64,000 nt of DNA from Acidobacteriota bacterium (GTDB lineage Bacteria > Acidobacteriota > Aminicenantia > Aminicenantales > Saccharicenantaceae), in NCBI GenBank assembly GCA_028749115.1, contig JAQURD010000005.1:17826-81825 (forward strand), in the 5' to 3' direction. The number at the start of each line of letters is the position of its first letter. The first letter of the stretch is position 1. This document shows positions 23,469 through 32,474 of the stretch, in pieces. The notes under the pieces were generated by a model that did no database searches, was not told where the DNA came from, and saw only the letters and a list, made by a program, of their open reading frames with translations. The translations under genes were made by a program, and so were the position numbers.

Positions 23469-26048
23469 ATGAGATGGGATAAATTAACAGTCATGCTGCA
23501 GGAAGCTTTTCAGCAAGCCCAATCTAAGGCTCAGGAGCTAGGCCATCAGGAATTAAAGCCAGAGCACCTGTTATGGAGTTTCTTAAATCAAGAAGGAAAT
23601 ATCGTTAATAGCCTGCTGACCAAACTCGAAGTTAATCCACAAGATCTGCAGACTGAGCTCAATCAGATATTAAACCGTTTTCCCCGGATTCAGGGAACAG
23701 GAGAAATCTACCTCTCAGCCGAACTGAACGAAGTTATGACTGAAGCCTGGGAAGAGGCCGAAAAATTAAAAGATGAATATCTTTCGACTGAACATATTTT
23801 CCTGGCCATGGTCAGGTTGAAACACCTGGCTGTCAGCCGCTTTCTCCAGAAGTTTAAGATAAGTGAAGAGGCTGTTCTTAAAGCTCTAGTGGATATAAGG
23901 GGAACCCAGCGCATAACTGATGCTGAACCTGAGTCTAAATACCAGGCTCTTGAAAAGTATGCCCGTGACCTGACGGCACTGGCCAGACAGGGCAAGCTCG
24001 ATCCGGTCATTGGCCGGGAAGAAGAAATCAGGCGGGTAATTCAGGTTCTCTCCAGGCGAACAAAAAATAATCCTGTTTTGATTGGAGAAGCTGGCGTTGG
24101 GAAGACAGCTATTGCCGAGGGCCTGGCCCAGAGAATGGCTAATGGTGATGTGCCCCAATCACTTCGGGAAAAGCAATTGATGGCCCTTGATATGGGTTCT
24201 CTGGTGGCTGGCACAAAGTATCGCGGGGAATTTGAAGACAGGCTGAAAGCCCTGCTTAAGGAGATCAAAGAATCGGGCAATATCATTCTTTTTATTGATG
24301 AATTACATACGATCGTTGGTGCCGGGGCAGCCGAAGGAGCCGTTGATGCCTCCAATATGCTTAAGCCTGCTCTGGCCCGGGGTGAGCTGAGATGCATTGG
24401 AGCCACGACGCTCAATGAATTTAAAAAGTATATAGAAAAAGACCCGGCTTTAGAGAGGCGTTTCCAGCCCGTCTATGTCGGCGAGCCGTCAGTTGAAGAA
24501 ACCATTTCAATCCTCCGGGGCCTTAAAGAAAAATATGAAGTCCATCATGGCGTCAAGATCAAGGATTCAGCCCTGGTGGCCGCGGCTGTCTTATCTAATC
24601 GCTATATTACCAACCGTTTCCTGCCAGATAAGGCTATTGACCTCATTGATGAGGCTGCTGCCAGAATCCGGGTTCAGCTCGATAGCTTGCCCGAAGATAT
24701 TGATGAACTGGAAAGAAGGATTACTCAACTGCAAATAGAAAAACAGGCCTTAAAAAAAGAAAAGGACGAAGCTTCGGCAGAAAGGCTGGGGAAAATTGAA
24801 AAAGAGCTGGGTGAATTGGTTGAAAAAAAGGATGCTCTGAAAACTCAATGGCAGCAAGAAAAAAATCTAATTGAGCAGATCAACCGGCTGAAGGAACAGC
24901 GTGATAGTCTCAAGGTAGAAGAGCATAATGCCGAGCGGAGAGGGGATCTGGAAAAGGTAGCCGAGATCCGTTATGGCCGCTTAATAGAGCTTAATAAACA
25001 GATTGATCAACTCTCGCAGAAGCTGGCTGACATGCAAAAACAGGGTAAGATGCTGAAGGAAGAAGTAGATGAAGAAGATGTGGCTCAAGTGGTCAGCCGC
25101 TGGACAGGTGTTCCAGTCTCAAAAATGCTGGAAGGTGAAGTTGAAAGATTGCTGAAGATGGAGGAAATACTGACGAAGCGGGTGATAGGCCAGGAACAGG
25201 CGATTAGAGCAGTGGCCGATACTATCAGGCGGGCTAGAGCTGGCCTGCAGGAAGCAACCAGGCCGATAGGTTCTTTCCTCTTCCTTGGTCCAACCGGCGT
25301 CGGTAAAACTGAACTGGCCAGGGCTCTGGCCGAATTCTTATTTAACGACGAAAAAGCTATGGTGCGGCTCGATATGTCAGAATATATGGAAAAGCACACT
25401 GTGGCCAGGCTGATTGGTGCTCCGCCCGGCTATGTCGGTTATGAGGAAGGCGGTCAGTTAACGGAAGCGGTCAAAAGGCGGCCGTATTCATTGATTTTGC
25501 TGGATGAAGTGGAAAAAGCTCATCCCGACGTCTTTAATATCCTGTTGCAAATTCTGGATGATGGCCGCCTGACTGACGGCAAAGGGACAACAGTTGATTT
25601 TAGAAACACCCTGATTATCATGACCTCCAATCTTGGTAGCCAGATCATTAAGGACTTAAGCCGCGATTATGAAAAGATGGAAAAAGAAGTCCGGAACATT
25701 CTGGAAAATCATTTCAAGCCGGAATTCCTTAACCGGATTGATGAGATTATAATCTTTAAGCCACTGACCAAAGAGACGATTTTAAAAATTGTTGACCTTC
25801 AGATTGGCCTCCTGCGTCAGCGGCTGGAAGACAAAAAGATTGAGCTGGTCATCAAAGACAGAGCCAGAGAATTGCTGGCTGAGCGTGGCTTTGACCCGGT
25901 TTATGGGGCCAGACCACTAAAAAGAGTTATTCAAAAGGATATTCAAAATCCACTGGCCATGAAAATCCTGGCTGGCGAATTTAAAGAAGGAGAGACTGTT
26001 CTGATTGATGCTGGCCCCAATGGAGAAATTGTTTTTAAAAAGAAATAG
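23469..26048 (+). CDS. clpB: Chaperone ClpB (Hsp104-class disaggregase)
   Basis: Clp N-domain, two AAA+ modules ([20 protein letters not shown]), a long middle coiled-coil and the characteristic C-terminus; 859 aa. Confidence 0.95.
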   Translation: MRWDKLTVMLQEAFQQAQSKAQELGHQELKPEHLLWSFLNQEGNIVNSLLTKLEVNPQDLQTELNQILNRFPRIQGTGEIYLSAELNEVMTEAWEEAEKLKDEYLSTEHIFLAMVRLKHLAVSRFLQKFKISEEAVLKALVDIRGTQRITDAEPESKYQALEKYARDLTALARQGKLDPVIGREEEIRRVIQVLSRRTKNNPVLIGEAGVGKTAIAEGLAQRMANGDVPQSLREKQLMALDMGSLVAGTKYRGEFEDRLKALLKEIKESGNIILFIDELHTIVGAGAAEGAVDASNMLKPALARGELRCIGATTLNEFKKYIEKDPALERRFQPVYVGEPSVEETISILRGLKEKYEVHHGVKIKDSALVAAAVLSNRYITNRFLPDKAIDLIDEAAARIRVQLDSLPEDIDELERRITQLQIEKQALKKEKDEASAERLGKIEKELGELVEKKDALKTQWQQEKNLIEQINRLKEQRDSLKVEEHNAERRGDLEKVAEIRYGRLIELNKQIDQLSQKLADMQKQGKMLKEEVDEEDVAQVVSRWTGVPVSKMLEGEVERLLKMEEILTKRVIGQEQAIRAVADTIRRARAGLQEATRPIGSFLFLGPTGVGKTELARALAEFLFNDEKAMVRLDMSEYMEKHTVARLIGAPPGYVGYEEGGQLTEAVKRRPYSLILLDEVEKAHPDVFNILLQILDDGRLTDGKGTTVDFRNTLIIMTSNLGSQIIKDLSRDYEKMEKEVRNILENHFKPEFLNRIDEIIIFKPLTKETILKIVDLQIGLLRQRLEDKKIELVIKDRARELLAERGFDPVYGARPLKRVIQKDIQNPLAMKILAGEFKEGETVLIDAGPNGEIVFKKK

Positions 26049-26079
26049 ATGAAAACAATGAGCATGAAAGGAGCCTGTT

Positions 26080-27381
26080 ATGTTTGGTAACTGGAAAAAG
26101 CTGATGTCCGGTTTTATCTTAAGTTTTGTCTTCTTGACCGGGACGGTGAGTGCCAATGGCCTTAACTTAAATGGACTTGGCGGCAAAGCTGTTTCTATGG
26201 GCGGTGCTTTTACCGGGTTAGCCGATGATTTTAGCCTGGTTTACTGGAATCCGGCTGGAGCTGGCTTTTTATCCAGGCCGCTGTTTGGAGCCAGCGCGAC
26301 CGATTTAATGCCAACCAATCGCTATGAAGTCACCTTTGAGCCGGAGACATCCATTGCTGCTAAGACCAAGTTTTCACATTATCTTGGCTTTCTGGTGGCC
26401 TATTATCAACCAGTATCTGAGCGTCTGACTCTGGGTGTTGGCTTTTATACCCCAAGCAAATTCGGAACTAACTGGAAAGGTGAAGATTTCAAGCCAATAA
26501 CCAATGAAGTAGCCTATGATTGGAGCAGCCGGATCAGTCTGATGACTTTATCACCTCTAATTGCCTGGAAGGTTACTGACCGGATCAGTCTGGGAGTCAC
26601 CTTTAATTTGAATTATGGAGAGATGAAAATGAGCCTGTGGCCAGGCGAGCTTGAGATTTCTCCTGGGGTTTATGCTGATCCCGGCCAGTATGAGGAGGGG
26701 CTGCATGGCTTCGGCTGGGGACTGACTTTTGGCCTGCTGGCCAAACCGGTTGATTGGCTAAGTTTTGGACTGACAGTTAAAACCCCTTCGGCTATTAAGT
26801 TCCGGAGCAAAGTCAATATGTATGACCTGAGCGCCATCGGCTATCCCGTTAGCTCTGAGGTCAGAAGGGAAATTAAGTGGCCCTGGTTTATCGGGGGTGG
26901 CGTGTCCATAAAGCCAGTGGAGAAGTTAACTTTAAATGCTGATCTTCAGTGGAGTGGCTGGTCGAAACTGAAAAACATTACTACCTGCTATCTTGATCCA
27001 CTCTGGGCTGATCTGATGGCTGCCAATGGTGCTGATGTTATCCCACTCAACTGGGAAGATGTCTGGCAGGTTCGGTTTGGTGCCGAATACCGCTTAAGCC
27101 AGCATTTCGCTTTGAGAGCCGGCTATTATCTAGATCCGGCTGCCGGCCCGGATGAGACCTTGAATGTTCTGCTGCCAACTTTTGATTGTCAGGGAATAAC
27201 AGTTGGATTTGGTTATGACTGGAAGGGCTTATCGATTAGCTGGGGATTTGAATATCTGAGTGGTAAGAATCGCCAGGCCGCCTATGAGCTGGGGGCAGAT
27301 GACAGCTTCGAACCGGTTATGCCCGGGACTTATAAAATGTACCAGGTTGTTCCGAGTGTTTCGGTCTCTTATAAATTTTGA
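26080..27381 (+). CDS. Outer membrane transport protein, FadL/OmpP1/TodX family
   Basis: Signal peptide. N-terminal GLNLNGLGGKAVSMGGAFTGLADDFSLVYWNPAG is the FadL-family hatch motif. Beta-barrel pattern with a C-terminal aromatic (…SYKF). Confidence 0.75.
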   Translation: MFGNWKKLMSGFILSFVFLTGTVSANGLNLNGLGGKAVSMGGAFTGLADDFSLVYWNPAGAGFLSRPLFGASATDLMPTNRYEVTFEPETSIAAKTKFSHYLGFLVAYYQPVSERLTLGVGFYTPSKFGTNWKGEDFKPITNEVAYDWSSRISLMTLSPLIAWKVTDRISLGVTFNLNYGEMKMSLWPGELEISPGVYADPGQYEEGLHGFGWGLTFGLLAKPVDWLSFGLTVKTPSAIKFRSKVNMYDLSAIGYPVSSEVRREIKWPWFIGGGVSIKPVEKLTLNADLQWSGWSKLKNITTCYLDPLWADLMAANGADVIPLNWEDVWQVRFGAEYRLSQHFALRAGYYLDPAAGPDETLNVLLPTFDCQGITVGFGYDWKGLSISWGFEYLSGKNRQAAYELGADDSFEPVMPGTYKMYQVVPSVSVSYKF

Positions 27382-27429
27382 GGTAAAAAACCGGAAAGCT
27401 AATGACAAAAATGATTGAGAAAAAAGAAA

Positions 27430-27502
27430 TGGCCAGGGACGGAATTGAACCGCCGACGCAGGGATTTTCAGTCCCTCGCTCTACCGCCTGAGCTACCTGG
27501 CC
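27430..27502 (-). tRNA. tRNA-Phe (anticodon GAA)
   Basis: Reverse complement GGCCAGGTAGCTCAGGCGGTAGAGCGAGGGACTGAAAATCCCTGCGTCGGCGGTTCAATTCCGTCCCTGGCCA folds as a cloverleaf: a 7-bp acceptor stem, GCTC/GAGC D-stem, anticodon loop CUGAAAA and a GGCGG/CCGUC T-stem. CCA is not encoded. Confidence 0.85.
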
Positions 27503-27719
27503 GTGTATTTATCGCGGTTGAAAAATCGCTTATAAGTATATTAATCACGGCTAATATTGTCAACAGGAGATTTCATTTGGGTTGATACCCGGTATCCAGT
27601 GTGGATGGAGGAGTAGCGAGGTCTGATTCCCAGCGGTAGTCAGCCAGCACCTTTTTGGTTCTTAGGCGGTGAAAATTGAAATCAGCCGGTTGCTGTGTTA
27701 TCCTTTTCCCGTGAAATAG

Positions 27720-27953
27720 ATGAATGAAGATCAGATAAAGGAAGCACTTCTCCATCAGGACGAAGATTTCTGCCAGCTTTATGAACAGCACCGGGAGATA
27801 GAGCAAGCGCTTTTGCACTTTAATGAAAAAGGTTTCTTAACGGCCGGAGAAGAACAGGCCGAGAAGGAGCTGAAGAAAAGAAAACTGAGGCTCAAGGATG
27901 AGCTTTACCGGAGAATTATAGAATATCAAGAAAAAATGGAGCCCCATGAGTAA
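27720..27953 (+). CDS. Small coiled-coil protein, DUF465/YdcH-like
   Basis: 77 aa; …LYEQHREIEQAL…LKKRKLRLKDELYR… resembles the DUF465 pattern. The stop overlaps the next gene by 8 nt. Confidence 0.45.
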   Translation: MNEDQIKEALLHQDEDFCQLYEQHREIEQALLHFNEKGFLTAGEEQAEKELKKRKLRLKDELYRRIIEYQEKMEPHE

Positions 27954-28974
27954 GACTTCAGGCCGCCAGTTCCGGCTAGCCTTAATTGGCACCAATTCAC
28001 TCTGTGCCCAGGAAATAAAAGGACGGCTGGCTTCGAGTCTTTTACCTCTTAAATCAATTGAATTTTATGATCCTGGAGTTGAGGAAGAATATAGCCAGCT
28101 AACCGAATTTAAAGGTGAGGCCAAAGTCATCCATCATCCTGATGCTTATATGCTGGAGGGTCTGGATCTGGTTTTTTTGGCTGCTGATAGAAAGACCAAT
28201 ATAAAGTTCGGGCGCCTGGCAAGGGAAAAAGGCTTCCGGGCTATTGACCTGGCCGGCAGTTTTATGACTGACCCGGAGGTGCCAGCGGTCGTTACCGGGG
28301 TAAATGATAAAATACTTGACAGTAAGCAAATTACTCTGGTAGCCAATCCTCATCCTATCTCCATTATTCTCAGCCAGGTGTTCTCCATCATCAGCGGCTG
28401 GGCGGCGGTCAGGAAGTTTCTGGCTGTTGCCCTGCAGCCTGTTTCTGCTTTTGACCAGGCTGGAATTGAAGAGCTGGCTGAAGAAAGTTTTGCCCTGTTA
28501 TCAGGCGAGAGTTACGAGCGGAAAATCTTTGCTGACCAGATAGCTTTCAATTTGCTTCCCTTATCAGGTAAAAAAGGTTCTGATGGTTATACTCTGGAAG
28601 AAAAGCAGATTGAACAGGAAATGAAAGGCATCCTGGCCGGCAAAAATTTAGCCTTCAGCCTGTCGGTGGTTCAAGTCCCGGTTTTTCATGGCTATGGTCT
28701 GATGATTCATGCTGAACTAGCTGAAAGCAAAGATCCGGCTGAGCTGGAAAGTGTGTTTAAAAAGAATCGCCTTATTAAGTTTTTTCCATCAGGTTCGTCT
28801 CAACCGGTTTCAAATAAACTGGTGGCCGGGGAAGACGACATTTTTGCCGGTCACCTCAAGCTTGATCCCGGCCAGCCTGGTGGCTTCTGGCTGTGGGTGG
28901 CGGCCGATAATTTGACTGCTGGTTCCGCCAATAATGCCCTGGGCCTGGCCAAAAAAATGCTTGGCCTTAAGTAA
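27946..28974 (+). CDS. Aspartate-semialdehyde dehydrogenase paralog lacking catalytic Cys and the dinucleotide-binding glycine motif (USG-1-like)
   Basis: Clear Asd homology (DQIAFNLLPL…GYTLEE, QVPVFHGYG…H, C-terminal WVAADNL). The active-site NPNC is replaced by NPHP, and the N-terminal GxxGxxG by IGTNSLCA. These are read directly from the translation; the reference motifs are recalled from memory. Confidence 0.7.
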   Translation: MSKTSGRQFRLALIGTNSLCAQEIKGRLASSLLPLKSIEFYDPGVEEEYSQLTEFKGEAKVIHHPDAYMLEGLDLVFLAADRKTNIKFGRLAREKGFRAIDLAGSFMTDPEVPAVVTGVNDKILDSKQITLVANPHPISIILSQVFSIISGWAAVRKFLAVALQPVSAFDQAGIEELAEESFALLSGESYERKIFADQIAFNLLPLSGKKGSDGYTLEEKQIEQEMKGILAGKNLAFSLSVVQVPVFHGYGLMIHAELAESKDPAELESVFKKNRLIKFFPSGSSQPVSNKLVAGEDDIFAGHLKLDPGQPGGFWLWVAADNLTAGSANNALGLAKKMLGLK

Positions 28975-28999
28975 ATTTAAAGCAAATGGAGAAATCCAG

Positions 29000-29875
29000 A
29001 TGATTCGCAGCATGACTGGCTTTGCTGAAAAGAGTTTTAATGCAGGCGGCTTAAAGGTAAAAATCTTTATCAAGACTTTAAACCATCGTTTTTTTGATTG
29101 GGTGTTCAAAGGACCGGGCCTTGGCGAGCTGGAAAATCAGCTAAGAACTGCCTGTCAAAGGAAGATCCTTAGAGGACGGGCGGAAATTCTTATTGAGATT
29201 GATTCCCTCTCGCCTGAAAGCTGGCAATTTACCATCAACCGGGCCCTGTTGAGAAAAATGGTGTGTGAACTAAAGTCTTTGGCGGCCGAAGCCGGCCTGC
29301 CTTTTAATCTGACTCTTGACCAGTTGCTGAGGCTGCCTCCCATCATCAGCATCAATCAAAGGGAATTGAGCAGAGCTGATAAAAGTTTTATACTGGCTGC
29401 TTTTGATGAGGCAGTGCAGGAGATTTTAAGACAGAGAGAAAAAGAAGGCCGGGAAATCAACCGGCAATTGAACCGTCATCTGGCCAGGATAAAAAAATCC
29501 TTAGCGGTTATAGAAAATCTTTTTAAGAAACAGCCCGGGGAACTCCGGCAGAAACTGGTGAAAAGACTAAAAGACCTGAACCATAATTCTCTGTCTGAAG
29601 ACAGGCTATCGGAGGAGGTAGCCTACCTGATGCAGAAATTCGATCTGGTGGAAGAAATCAACCGGCTGGGCAGCCACCTGAAGGCAGTAGCCGAGCTGCT
29701 CGATCCGGAGGTTAATGAGCCAGTCGGTAAGAAACTTGATTTTCTGGCTCAGGAATTGTCGCGGGAGGTAAATACCCTGAATGCTAAGGCTCAGGACCCC
29801 GGCATCATCAAGCATTGTCTTCTGATTAAAAATGAAATTGAAAGCATGCGTCAGCAAATTCAAAATTTAGAATAA
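29000..29875 (+). CDS. yicC: YicC-family stress-induced protein (TIGR00255)
   Basis: MIRSMTGFAEK… N-terminus and length typical of YicC. The ATG at 29000 has a GGAG ribosome-binding site. The ORF track starts at 28934, which would overlap the preceding gene and is less likely. Confidence 0.8.
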   Translation: MIRSMTGFAEKSFNAGGLKVKIFIKTLNHRFFDWVFKGPGLGELENQLRTACQRKILRGRAEILIEIDSLSPESWQFTINRALLRKMVCELKSLAAEAGLPFNLTLDQLLRLPPIISINQRELSRADKSFILAAFDEAVQEILRQREKEGREINRQLNRHLARIKKSLAVIENLFKKQPGELRQKLVKRLKDLNHNSLSEDRLSEEVAYLMQKFDLVEEINRLGSHLKAVAELLDPEVNEPVGKKLDFLAQELSREVNTLNAKAQDPGIIKHCLLIKNEIESMRQQIQNLE

Positions 29876-29928
29876 AAATCTGATAAAATATAAATAATCA
29901 TAGACATAAAGAAAGGGAAGTAACCAAG

Positions 29929-30528
29929 ATGATTTTTGTTGTCTCAGGGCCATCAGGCGGCGGTAAATCTACTCTGATCAAACACCTTTTAACTGCTCTT
30001 CCTGGTCTAGAATTTTCTGTTTCCCATACTACCAGGGCAGCCCGGCCAGAAGAAGTTAACGGGCGTGATTATTATTTTATCAGCCGCCAGGAATTTCAGG
30101 AGATGAAAGCAGCGGGTGCTTTTGCTGAGTCAGCAACTGTTCATGGTGAATTATATGGAACTTCTTTCCAGGAAATTAAGAATAAGTCGGAAGGTAAGGA
30201 TCTGATCCTCGACATAGATGTTCAGGGAGCCAGGCAGATTAAAGACAAACTCGGACAGGCCAGTCTGATTTTTATTGTTCCCCCGTCTTTTTCTGAACTG
30301 AAGAAAAGATTAAAGCAGAGAAAAAGCGACAGCCCGGAGGCTATCACCATCCGTCTGCAGAATGCCAGGAAAGAGATTCTAGAATCGGATTTATTTGATT
30401 ATCTGGTGATAAATGGCGAACTGGCCAGAGCGGTGGATGAACTCCGGTCGATCATTGTGGCTCATCGCTGTCAATTTAAGGAAAGGCGGAAGGAATTTAA
30501 AGAAATTTTAAAAAGTTTTAAAGACTGA
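29929..30528 (+). CDS. gmk: Guanylate kinase
   Basis: P-loop VVSGPSGGGKSTL and guanylate kinase motifs (…SHTTR…R…EVNGRDYYF…); 199 aa. Confidence 0.9.
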   Translation: MIFVVSGPSGGGKSTLIKHLLTALPGLEFSVSHTTRAARPEEVNGRDYYFISRQEFQEMKAAGAFAESATVHGELYGTSFQEIKNKSEGKDLILDIDVQGARQIKDKLGQASLIFIVPPSFSELKKRLKQRKSDSPEAITIRLQNARKEILESDLFDYLVINGELARAVDELRSIIVAHRCQFKERRKEFKEILKSFKD

Positions 30529-30556
30529 TATTGAAATTGAAGCGAGAGGTGCTTTA

Positions 30557-31747
30557 ATGGATAAGATTGCGCTGGGTGTTACTTCTTCCATCAGCCTTTA
30601 TAAAGCAGCAGATATCATCCGTCTTTTGCAGAAGGAAGGGCTGGCTGTCCGGGTCATCATGACTGAGAAAGCTACAAATTTTATTAATCCCCGCCTTTTT
30701 ACTTCTCTAACTGGCGAAAGAACAATAGTCAACCTTTTTGATGAGGGGCAGCGGCCGGTAGAACATATTGCCATGGCTGATGACATTTGCCTGTTGCTCA
30801 TTGCTCCGGCGACGGCTAATATCATGGCCAAACTGGCCACAGGTATTGCCGATGATTTTCTATCAACCTTTTACCTGGCGGTTAAATCACCTGTGCTTAT
30901 TGCTCCGGCTATGAATCAGGCCATGTTTCTTCATCCTCAGACTCAGGCGAATATTAAAAAATTGAAAGATGCTGGCGTAGAATTTGTTGAGCCAGAGTCC
31001 GGTTACTTAGCCTGTGGACAGACAGGCAGCGGCCGGCTGGCTTCGCCTGAAAAAATAGTTCAGACCAGCCTGAGACTTATTCGCCGGCAGCCAGTTTTTA
31101 AGGACAAGCTAATTGTCGTCACAGCCGGCCCTACCAGGGAAGCTCTTGACCCTGTCCGTTTTCTATCTAATCGTTCTTCGGGCAAAATGGGCTATGAACT
31201 TGCCCGTGAAGCTTATCAGCGTGGAGCAGAGGTCGTTTTGATTAGTGGCCCGGTAGAACTTGAGCCGCCGGCCGGAGTTAAGATCGAGAAGGTTATTTCC
31301 TCTGAGGAGATGCGCCAGGCTGTCCTTAGATATTATGACCGGGCGAACGCGGTGATTATGACGGCAGCTGTCTCTGATTTTAAGTTCAGTCAGACAGGTT
31401 CGGAAAAAATAGAGAAGGAAACCCTCCCGCCTGATCTCAAATTGGAAAGAACACCGGATATACTGGAAGAGCTGGGCCGGTTAAAAACAGGCCAGTTACT
31501 GGTTGGCTTTGCGGCGGAAACAGCTCAGATGAAAGCCAGGGCTGGTCAAAAGATGAAAAAGAAAAAACTAGACCTGATGGTGGCTAATGATGTCTCCCGT
31601 CAAGACATTGGCTTTGGCTGTGATGAAAATGAAGTTTATTTATTCTGGCCCGATGGACGGGAAAGATTTATTCAGAAAACGGCTAAAAGAAAAGTTAGCC
31701 AGGAAATTCTGACTGAAATCGGGGCGATGCTCAATGCCAGAAAATGA
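30557..31747 (+). CDS. coaBC: Bifunctional phosphopantothenoylcysteine decarboxylase / phosphopantothenate-cysteine ligase
   Basis: N-terminal flavoprotein domain (…PAMNQAMF…) and C-terminal CoaB domain (…GPTREALDPVRFLSNRSSGKMG…); 396 aa. Confidence 0.9.
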   Translation: MDKIALGVTSSISLYKAADIIRLLQKEGLAVRVIMTEKATNFINPRLFTSLTGERTIVNLFDEGQRPVEHIAMADDICLLLIAPATANIMAKLATGIADDFLSTFYLAVKSPVLIAPAMNQAMFLHPQTQANIKKLKDAGVEFVEPESGYLACGQTGSGRLASPEKIVQTSLRLIRRQPVFKDKLIVVTAGPTREALDPVRFLSNRSSGKMGYELAREAYQRGAEVVLISGPVELEPPAGVKIEKVISSEEMRQAVLRYYDRANAVIMTAAVSDFKFSQTGSEKIEKETLPPDLKLERTPDILEELGRLKTGQLLVGFAAETAQMKARAGQKMKKKKLDLMVANDVSRQDIGFGCDENEVYLFWPDGRERFIQKTAKRKVSQEILTEIGAMLNARK

Positions 31748-32474
31748 ACTCTTGAAAAGACTTGAAGAAATCGAAGAACAATTGCATTTTTACCGGCAAT
31801 TAGGAGTTGATTTTTTAGTGCGGTCAGAAGAAAAAAAAGGTGATGAGGAAAAATCTTCATCTTCAGCAGGACTGATTAAACTTGAACCGGCTATTGAAAA
31901 CCAGACCAGCCTGGAGGCCGAGTGGGAAAAATTGATCAAGCGGATTAAGAGCTGCCGTTTCTGCCCTCTTTTCCAGGGAAGAACCCAGGCGGTGCCGGGA
32001 GAAGGAAGTTACCGGGCCAGGTTGATGTTTGTCGGTGAAGCACCAGGCAGAGATGAAGATTTACAGGGCCGGCCATTTGTTGGCCGGGCGGGCCAGTTGC
32101 TGACCAAAATTATTGCTGCCATGGGCTTCAGCCGTCAGGAAGTCTATATCGGTAATGTTATCAAATGCCGGCCGCCAGAAAACAGGACACCGCGACCCGA
32201 TGAAATTAAAGCTTGCTCTCCTTATCTTCTGCGTCAAATTGAACTGCTCAATCCTCGGGTTATCGTGACTCTGGGTAAGGTGGCGACTGACTTTTTCCTG
32301 GAAAGTGATAAAAGCATGTCTGATCTCCGTGGTCATTTCGGCCAGTTCAGGGGGATTCCGGTTATGCCGACTTTTCATCCTTCCTACCTGATCAGGAATG
32401 AGGGCAATCGCGGAATAAAGCGGCTGGTCTGGGAGGACATGAAGCAAGTCCTGAAATTGCTGGAAACTTCATGA
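31734..32474 (+). CDS. Uracil-DNA glycosylase, family 4 (UdgA-type, 4Fe-4S)
   Basis: CRFCPL…GEGSYRARLMFVGEAPGRDEDLQGRPFVGRAGQLL…CRPPENR are family-4 UDG signatures. Overlaps coaBC (14 nt) and priA (ATGA). Confidence 0.85.
   Translation: MPENELLKRLEEIEEQLHFYRQLGVDFLVRSEEKKGDEEKSSSSAGLIKLEPAIENQTSLEAEWEKLIKRIKSCRFCPLFQGRTQAVPGEGSYRARLMFVGEAPGRDEDLQGRPFVGRAGQLLTKIIAAMGFSRQEVYIGNVIKCRPPENRTPRPDEIKACSPYLLRQIELLNPRVIVTLGKVATDFFLESDKSMSDLRGHFGQFRGIPVMPTFHPSYLIRNEGNRGIKRLVWEDMKQVLKLLETS

Noticed and set aside
27573-27818. 81-aa minus-strand ORF between tRNA-Phe and the DUF465 gene; also a 13-nt palindrome GATACCCGGTATC at 27584-27596
   Set aside because: The ORF overlaps the start of the plus-strand DUF465 gene and has an implausible hydrophobic composition without a ribosome-binding site. 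The palindrome is noted as a possible operator, but it is isolated and unconserved as far as I can tell.
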